Shown piece by piece: positions 54,270-64,000 of a DNA stretch of 64,000 nt. Location of the stretch: assembly GCF_006345805.1 (NCBI RefSeq), contig NC_043004.1, positions 47,740,001 to 47,804,000 on the forward strand. The letters run 5' to 3'. This DNA is from Octopus sinensis. Taxonomy: Eukaryota. The notes beneath the pieces were generated by a model. That model was not told the DNA's origin. It ran no database searches and saw only the letters and a program-made list of their open reading frames with translations. The first letter of the stretch is position 1. Every line of letters starts with the position of its first letter. The translations under genes were made by a program, and so were the position numbers.

Positions 54270-54403
54270 GCACAACAACTTCCACAAGGACATGTGTTAC
54301 ATCAAAAATTCTTGGTTGGGGATGCAAATCCTCTCATTCGCGTACGACATAATGCGGCAACAGCATAGAATTGAAGCGTCCATCTCTTTCTTCTCTCAAT
54401 GTA

Positions 54404-54491
<88 letters not shown>

Positions 54492-55762
54492 TAACTCTTT
54501 TGCCGAACCGCTGGATTACGGAGGCATAAACACAATAAACTTTGTATATATATTTATTTAATCCGTTCCTCCAGGTATGTTGAACTCTCTCCTAGTGGCA
54601 AAAATAATGGTGGTTATAACCTGCAGACAGGTGTGTCTATATATAAAATAAATTAAAATAATAAAACATAGAAGATAAATCCCGTCAAATGGTAAAACTT
54701 GAAAATTAAAATTCATTGTCATGAACATACATATAGACTTACACACACTCACACACATACTCTCTCGTGCCACCAACGGGAAGTCAATGAGGTCATAAAT
54801 AATCAAAATGGTCGTAGATAAGTTGTATCTGGCTCCCTACTACGTAGCAGATTCTACAGTCAGTCACAGATGACTAGGCCGGCGCGTTGATGAGGGGAGC
54901 GGGGTTCAGCAGACACGCTCACATATACACAGGTATTTATATATATGCATAAACGCTCTCAAATCCATTTATTTGGCAGTGGGTTGACACACACCAAACT
55001 CACCAGTATCTACGCTAACACATACCTATATTTAGCGCTGTATTGAAACGCAAGCATTTTCGTCGCGTCTAACTCAATTTACAAGGACAAAACCACATTT
55101 AATCAGGACAGTGTACAATCGGTATTAATGTTTACCTTGCACGGCATAGCACTGCTTGTTTATGGCCACATTAAATGATTTGGTTGTTTATGACCATACT
55201 AAATGACTTCCCATTGGCGGCACGAGCGAGTGTGTGTGAATGTATGTACGTCTATATATGTGTTCATGCCAACGAGTGCGTAAAATACTGGTGCGTAAAA
55301 TGTTCTGGATTTGAAATGCTGATAATTGAATAGTCCACCACTTGTTCAAATCCTGAATATAATTAACACCAATTTGTATGCCGCCAATTTGTATGCCGAT
55401 AGGAAAAAAAATACGAAAAAGAAAACGGAATTCTGTAGGTTGCTATGACGAGTGTTCCAGTCAATCTAGTCAACCTAGCTCGGGAGTTTAAATTACGAGT
55501 GGCTGAGCACTCCATGGACACCGGTACAATTACCGTAGTTCTCTGAGTTATTCCGCATGACACAGAATGTGACGAAGATGGTCATTTGGAATATAGGTGT
55601 AAGTCATTTTGCTTTCTGAGTAGACTAAGTTAATGTGAGATAAAGTTCTCGCTCAAGGACACATTAGACGCTGGAAATCGAACACAGAATGTTAGGATCG
55701 CCAGTCAAATGCCCTAACCATGAATCTACACGTCTTCACACACATACACTGACATACATACC

Positions 55763-55867
<105 letters not shown>

Positions 55868-55889
55868 ATATATATATATGTACATATAT

Positions 55890-56280
55890 GTACTATATGG
55901 CTCAGAAACCTGGACGTTATCAAAGAAGCTTGAGAGGCGGTTGGATGGAACCTACACTCGCCTCCTTATGAGAGCTCAAAATCTCTCGTGGAGGCGCCAT
56001 GCAACTAAAATGCAAATATATGGGAAATTACCACCTGTGTCATCTCTTGTGAAGGGTAGGAGATTGTTGTAGAGCTGAAAAAGAAGTAAGTTCTACTCTT
56101 CTCCCCTGGAAGCCATCTACTCGCAACACCAGAGGGCGCACACTCTCCTACCCTGATGTAATCTCCAGGGATACAGGCATCCAGCAACAGGACCTCCGTA
56201 ATGCTATGATGGACCGTGAAGTCTGGCGCAACATGGTAAATTCCATTGTCTCGACCACGGTCGAACAATGATGATGATGA
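55890..56280 (+). mobile_element. RTE-clade LINE 3' end with (TGA)n tail
   Basis: LYGSETWTLSKKLERRLDGTYTRLLMRA...AMMDREVWRNMV...EQ* followed by tgatgatgatga. Confidence 0.85.
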
Positions 56281-56289
56281 CATATATAT

Positions 56290-56420
56290 ATACGACGAGC
56301 TTCTTTTAGTTCCCGTTTACCAAATCCACTCACAAGGCTTTGGTCGATACGAGGCTATAGTAGAAGACATTTGCCCAAGATACAGCGCAGTTGGACAGAA
56401 CCCGGAAACACGTTGTTGGT
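56290..56420 (-). mobile_element. SINE family A, 5' portion
   Basis: accaaatccactcacaaggctttggtcg...caagctacttaccacacag. Confidence 0.8.
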
Positions 56421-56841
56421 ATGCAAGCTACTTACCACACAGATATATTATATATATAGATATATATATGTGTGTGTGGGGAGCGTGTGTGTGCTTGTTT
56501 ATGTGTGTGTGGAAGCATATGTAATTGTGTATGGCAGTGTAAATGTATAAAAGGGTACCTCGAGTTGCGGGCCGAAGCAAGGTAAACGAACATTGCCAGT
56601 CGATAGAATTAGATCAATCAAACTATATAATATATAAATATATAATATAGAAAAGCATTGAGAGATCGATATGATCGACTAAATCCTTTAAAGGCGCTGA
56701 CCCAGTATGGCTGCAGTCCAATGACTAAGGCAGTAAAAGAATAAAAGGAAATAATGTGTACGGCTGCTGATTGGCTTGGGTAAGATTCAAAGGCGACTAA
56801 TGAAGGTGTAAAAGTAAATTCTGACACACCCATAGATGTAT

Positions 56842-56921
<80 letters not shown>

Positions 56922-57157
56922 ATATAAATATATATACATATATATACATACATATTTCTAAATATATACATATGCATATATACGTATACTTACGTACACA
57001 TCTACAATATGTATACATAGGTATACATATGTATATGCGTATCTATCTATATATACAGAGAGACAGAACGATGCGCGCATGTGTATGTGTAAGTATGTAT
57101 GTAAACATGTATATACACATAACTACACTTATGTTTATATATGCATATATATATGCT

Positions 57158-57203
<46 letters not shown>

Positions 57204-57219
57204 TATATATATATATGCT

Positions 57220-57266
<47 letters not shown>

Positions 57267-58243
57267 AGTGGCAAATGTGTGCATACATGTATGTACGTAT
57301 GTATGTATGTACGTAAACGCACGAAGAGAGGGAAAGGTTGAAAGATAAATTAATATGTCGAATCGCTCCCATTGACTGTTTGTTTCTGAGTACATATGTG
57401 TTTATTCATTTATCTAATTATACGTGTTTTTTGCGTGCTTCTGTACGTGTATGTATATGCACATATATAACAGAATATCTGGTGGATAGTGTCAGTGTAA
57501 TGTCATATTTATTTGGGTAATTGAAAAATAGATTCTATAGAAAAAATATGTTCTTTTCGTGCACCATCGTTAGTTTGTTTTCCGCTTGAAATATATTATT
57601 AATAAACAACCTTCTTATATAATATCTACAATTTATGTCTAATAATTTTAATATCCAATACAATTTTAATATCGTAAAAAAATTAATTGTTATATTAATT
57701 AGGCTGATGTGTTTTCTCTTGACGACTTTAATATGTTTTGGTTAAAGCTTTATTTTTCGTTTTTTTTTTTTATTCTTAATGATTCATTTCACTAAAGCAA
57801 GATCTCAGGGCAGAGAATACTATAACTCTGCTGGTTCCAATTTCGAAATTAATGGCCAATTTATTCGGTGCTGATGAAACCACATGAAAGTAACCTATGT
57901 ATGTGTGTGGGTGTGTGTGTGTGTGTGTGCGTGTGTGCGTGTGTGTGTCTGAATATATGTAGAGTGTGTTGTTTTGTTTTTGGTTTTCTTTCTCTTTTAA
58001 ATGGCTATTAAAATTAGCAATCTCTTTGAAATATTTTATGTTCACTTCAAATTTTAAATTATTGGGTAATATTGCTATCTTTGCGATATCTAATTAAGCC
58101 AACTTATCATTTATTATACTCATATGTATAATAATATATACATATATGTATATTTATGTAGGTATGTATGTCTGTGTGTTTGTATGTATGAATATAAATG
58201 AATAAAATATACATATACATCGTTATATGTATGTATTTATATA

Positions 58244-58302
<59 letters not shown>

Positions 58303-58746
58303 TTATATATATGAGTGTATATTGTATCTGGAAGAAGGGATATATATATAAATAACAAAACAAATATTTATAATAAAATCATTGCATATAAGTATATATA
58401 TACGTGTGTTTGTGTGTGCGTGTGATTGCGTGTGTGTGTGTATGTGTGTGAGTGTGTGTGTGTGTGCGTGTGTGTGTGTTTGTACATTTCTGTATGCGCA
58501 CGAGTGTATGTGCGCGCATGTGGGTGTGGATGCGCGCGCTTATATAGATTTCGGTAATTTGAGACCTTTGTGTGGTATTGATTATAGAGTTTTCCTTTGA
58601 AATATCGCTGATAATTTACGTTGTAAAATGAATAGATATTTTGTTAGACCAAAGATAAAACCAATAGGTATATTACAGTCATTTCCGATAAGTTAGACCT
58701 CAACATTTGGAATGTGGTTCCTTTCATTTATACCCCCCCACACACA

Positions 58747-58783
<37 letters not shown>

Positions 58784-59403
58784 TCATATACATATAAACA
58801 TACACACACGCATATATATATGTACATATATATTTATATATATTTATTACTTGTATAATTTTCATTCTTTTGGCGTCATTATTTTTCTCTTTCATTCGAT
58901 ATATAAGCTTCAATCAATGTACCCCCCCCCCTGTTATATGCGGCATTGATTTCTTATCTCTATAAATAAGGCCATTTTTTTTTGCAAGGGAGGGGCGAAA
59001 GACATAATCAAATGAATCGATGGTATATTTCTGATGCCCATTTTATCAACAATCAGAGAAATCAAAGATGATGTTAACTAGGATCGGATTCAAGATCATA
59101 GTGTAGGAAGAAGAAACTAAATTATGTTAGTCATGTAACCTAGCAAACATTTCTGACGTTTTATCACATTGCACCGCTTTTAACTTTTGAGAATGCATGG
59201 TGAAGTGAGCCTTACATGAAAGGATGTAAAGAATTTTTTGTTCGTATTGCTTGTTAATGCTTTCATAAAGAATGGATCCACACGCCGTGACTTGGAAGCA
59301 AATAAAAGGAAGAAATCATCATTTCCATATGTGTGTATATACGTGCATACATGTGTGTACGTAGGTGTGCATGCACACACATGCATATATGTACGTGTAT
59401 ATA

Positions 59404-59491
<88 letters not shown>

Positions 59492-59587
59492 GTGTGTGTG
59501 TGTGTGTGTGTGTAAAATATGGTATAACTATAAGTAGGGTAAATTTTAGCCATTCCTCCGCAGACTGAAAAGACAAAAAATTAACAA

Positions 59588-59628
59588 CCTTAATTGAATT
59601 TCGAACATTTTGGGGTTCGCATCAGAGG
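59588..59628 (-). ncRNA. Degenerate HHR-like motif
   Basis: cct-CTGATGC-gaac-cccaaaat-gttc-GAAATTCAATTA-agg; A9C; ~75-nt tail to a TG/TA tract. Confidence 0.45.
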
Positions 59629-59729
59629 CGTTTACATCATTCTGAAAGTCCCCCAGAGAAACAAGCAGCCGAGCTGTTTATATACTCAAGAAAGGCGGCA
59701 GAAACTCTATGAAGGATTCCTTAATTTGC

Positions 59730-59795
59730 AGCCGACCAAAACTTTGTGAGTGGATTTGCTTTATGGAATTGAAAGAAGCCCGTCGTATATATATG

Positions 59796-59848
<53 letters not shown>

Positions 59849-59851
59849 ATA

Positions 59852-59900
<49 letters not shown>

Positions 59901-59959
59901 CATACTTGTCCCACGTCCTCGCGTTGCTGTCCTTTCTCTTTGTGTTTTCATGTTTGGAT

Positions 59960-59997
<38 letters not shown>

Positions 59998-60190
59998 TGT
60001 GTTCGTGTTTGTTCCTCCACCATTATTTGACAACCATTGTTGGTTGAGTGTACGTCCCCGCAAACTAGCGATTCGGCAAAAAAGACCAATAGAATAAATA
60101 CTTGTCTTAAAAATAAATAATGGGGTCGATTCATTCGACAAAAAATTGCATAACCGCAATCTGGTGGCTGAAAGAGGTAAAAGATGAAAG
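59730..60190 (+). mobile_element. SINE family A with a nested insert in its internal (TA)n
   Basis: SINE halves flank an expanded TA tract containing 59898-59963, which matches the tail at 26092-26156. Confidence 0.8.
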
Positions 60191-60794
60191 ATTAAAGATG
60201 TATGTATGTAAGTATGCATGGATGTATGTATGCAAACCATAAAACGTTAGGATAACACTTGTTATCGTTACGATTATGCCCGTTTCGCAGCTTTGACCAT
60301 GTGATAATAATTTCAGTGTTCAATAAATTATTTTATATGCTTGTACTAATATGCATGCTACGCCAGGTGTAATATAATTGTATATTAATAAATCCCTGCA
60401 CACAAAGATGGCTAGCTCGTCAAAGAACTCCAGAACATCATAGTTTAACAATACTTCCACACTGAGCTGTATTATTATGTGATATGATACCTAGGTCAAC
60501 TAAAGCGGCTTGTCTTTTAATCTCCCCTTTTTAAAATTAACTATTTACCGCTCGCTCACACGGACCCCCATCCTTTGGGCTGACTTTAGAGTACCTAATT
60601 TCGCGAATTTCTTTCTCCCATCGGATTACATGACCTTATTCTTTCCGAGTATGCCATTTCTGCATTTCTGTACCTTGATTATATATACACACATATGTAT
60701 ATCTATCTATCTATCTACCTATCTATCTGTCTATCTATCTATCTATTTATCTATCTATATAGCTATACACACATACATATTATATATATATATG

Positions 60795-60853
<59 letters not shown>

Positions 60854-60915
60854 TATATATATATATATATATATATTCATATATATATGTATATATATAT
60901 ATTTACACACACATA

Positions 60916-60957
<42 letters not shown>

Positions 60958-60986
60958 CAAGAAAAAGTAACAAGAGTGGATCAGTA

Positions 60987-61075
60987 ATTTAGTACCATTG
61001 TTTCCTACTAAGAACATTTTATTTAAAGCTGCAAATAGTACAGCAAATATAATGTCAAGTATTCATCAGCTAAAT
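60987..61075 (-). ncRNA. Minimal type I HHR, canonical core
   Basis: atttag-CTGATGA-atact...agtag-GAAAC-aatg-GTA-ctaaat; perfect 6-bp stem I; inside TA-bounded insert 60955-61320. Confidence 0.75.
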
Positions 61076-61318
61076 CACATATATGTTTTCCAAACACCCT
61101 AGAGAGTGTAAATATCCTTATGAAGTATTCAGAGTGAGTTCTATGAATTTGAAGTAAGGTAATAAGCAGACTTTATATGTTTTCCAACAATGCTCAGTTT
61201 AAAAAAAAAAATTTTTATGATTATTAACTTCTCAGAGAAGGTAAATCCAACCATAAAGGTGTTGATATAAATTCCAGGAAACACGAGGAAAGGTGTTAAC
61301 ACACTGGTTCAGTTCACA

Positions 61319-61352
<34 letters not shown>

Positions 61353-61409
61353 TATATATGCATATATGTATATATATATATATATATATGTATATGATAT
61401 ATATGCATG

Positions 61410-61543
<134 letters not shown>

Positions 61544-61612
61544 TTATATATAACATGCATATATGTCATATACATATATATATACATATATGCATATATA
61601 ACATATATATAT

Positions 61613-61669
<57 letters not shown>

Positions 61670-61917
61670 ATATAAAGTGACCAACTGAGGAAAAGATTTC
61701 CTTCAAAGGAGTGTGTTAAACATCCGATTCGCTGGTACGTCAGTTGAATATGGGATAATGTAATTACAAAGCTAAATTAAATACAGAAATACTTTTGACA
61801 ATCCAATAATTTACTTATATTATTATAATCTTGCAATATTACATAATATGCTATGAATATAATATAACAATATTTTTAAACAATTATTTTTAAAATGCAT
61901 TTATATGCATTTTCTGT

Positions 61918-62175
61918 GGAGGCGCGTGGCTTAGTGGTTAGGGTGTCAGCATCATGATCGTAAGGTCGTGATTTCGATACTTGGAATGGGCGACGCGTTG
62001 TGTTCTTGAGCAAAACACTTCATTTCAGGTTGCTCCAGTTCACTCAGCTGGCAAAAATGAGTAACGCTGCGATGGACTGGCGTCCCGTCCAGCTGGGGAA
62101 CACATACGCCATAGAAACCGGGTAACCGGGCCCATGAGCCCGGGTAGGCTTTTAAAGGGCGCATTTATTTATTTA
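61918..62175 (+). mobile_element. tRNA-derived SINE family C
   Basis: A box TGGCTTAGTGG, B-box-like TTCGATAC, gcgatggactggcgtcccgtccag motif, (ATTT)n tail; a decayed relative lies at ~55600-55735 (-). Confidence 0.8.
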
Positions 62176-62289
62176 TGCATTTTCTATTATATATATACAC
62201 AATAAACTCTTCCCTTATATATATAAGTAACTTCAGCCGTCCTTTAAACCATGACCCTGAAGTGACTTATATATATAAGGAAACTGTTA

Positions 62290-62344
<55 letters not shown>

Positions 62345-62517
62345 CAGAATATGTATATGAGTCAAAACAATTTGTTGGCCATTTTGGTTTTTTTATAATT
62401 GTTTATGTTATATAATATTATATTATATTCATAGTATATATGAAATATTATAATATTATAATATCATATAAATAAATTATTGGATTGTCAATAGTATCTC
62501 TCTATTTAATTTATCTT

Positions 62518-62595
<78 letters not shown>

Positions 62596-62614
62596 ATAAA
62601 TATGTATATATGTG

Positions 62615-62646
<32 letters not shown>

Positions 62647-63049
62647 ATATATATATATGTTATAGGATTCAGTAGAATCTAGGCCAAAAATAGTTAGGTA
62701 TAATAACACAAGCTTCATTGTAAGGTAAACAATAATGAAGGTACTGAGTTTTGGTAGGTTACTATAGATATGTAACTATGGAATCCGACTTAAATCATTG
62801 AACCGACACTAAAGTCGGTTCCACTTGTGCCATAGGTATGAAGAGAGAAAATAAATGGTGTTTAAAATTTACGACTGGATTTTCATTAGAATTTCATTGA
62901 TGTATACAATGATTACATAACATATAATCGGCTATTCACAACGTTGCCCAATCTAGAGGTCATCATATTCAGTACAAATTGGCGTAATTTCAACAAGACC
63001 CGTCACAATCCAAATAATATTATCGTTATCATTATCATTTTCATCTTTT

Positions 63050-64000
63050 TCAATTGTATTTCCATTTCCTACCGAGTATCTTCCTGATACCTAGGGTATA
63101 GAAATTAAATATATACCTTCGTAGGCCATTAAAATGAACAAACCAGATTGTTTATTTACAAAGTCATATGATAGAGAAAGATAGAGCGAAAAAGAAATAA
63201 ATGAAAAATAATAAAAGCAAAGGAAGAAAATAAAGGGGATAAAAGAAGAGAAATTCACAGCGACAATGCCTTTCTCAGTACATGTGAATTACCAGTCAAG
63301 ACAATGTTTTGCACTTCCTGCATGGATGGTAAGCCATTCTTAAATAATTTTCAGTTCCCTTTTTGATCATGCCCAGTGGTCCTGCAATCACGGGTATTGT
63401 AACCGTCTTAAGATGCCACATCTTTTCGATTCAATTAGCAAAATTTATATTTTCTGAGATAATTAAATTCTTTTGCCGAGATATTATGGTCACAGGGCAT
63501 GCTCACGTCAATCAATAAACAGACTTTATTGCTTTGGTCTTTCACAACAACATCTGATTTATTTGTTTGATAGTCTGGTCTGTACATCCTAGTCTGTACA
63601 GCTCAATGTGGTTCATGTACCATTTGTCAGCAGTTTTATTTGATCATGCCGACACATTATCCAATGTAGATATTGGTCAACACTGTCATGTCTTGATTTG
63701 TACTCTACAGGCGCTAAAATTATACATCCATATATTAGGTGGCCCACTCTTTCAATCCCATCGGCACTTTGGGTCTAATCTATTTTTTATCACATTCGTT
63801 TGATAGTTCCGAGTCAATAAATTCTCATCTTGGATAGCCAAGATAAAGCCCTCATTCTCTGCCTTTAGCTCCGTAACCACCGTCAGGGGTACTTCTGGTT
63901 TACATCATCTTGTTTGCTACGGGCCGCATATAGGCCTTGCAGAGATTTTTGTTCCCACCTATCATCCAATTTTTCAAACGCATTTTGCTTTGCTATTGAT
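63050..64000 (-). mobile_element. R4/Dong-like 3' fragment (RLE endonuclease), runs off window
   Basis: ELKAENEGFILAIQDE; NKSDVVVKDQSNKVCLLIDVSMPCDHNISAKE...KMWHLKTVTIPVIAGPLGMI. Confidence 0.8.

Overview
AT-rich, microsatellite-saturated eukaryotic DNA with no recognisable host exon. The SINE families and (TA)n/(CA)n/(TATG)n density suggest an octopus/cephalopod intron or intergenic region (inference). Nearly all short ORFs in the track are microsatellite translations. The real content is transposon-derived: a near-intact CR1-type LINE (41265-44441), a decayed mariner, a Tc1/maT-like derivative, R4/Dong-like, RTE, Tx1 and Penelope-like (PLE, GIY-YIG) fragments, and many tRNA-derived SINEs. 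The main signal absent from the ORF track is about 15 minimal type I hammerhead-ribozyme (HHR) motifs from many unrelated families, read and paired by eye. Nearly all sit in short inserts inside (TA)n tracts, often as asymmetric fold-backs or tandem dimers, and they include a compensatory U3:A8 core variant and a ribozyme split across two strands. Also notable are an ORF1-only Tx1-like element splitting a SINE promoter and an RTE C-terminus with three C2H2 fingers. Boundaries are approximate and ribozyme activity is untested.
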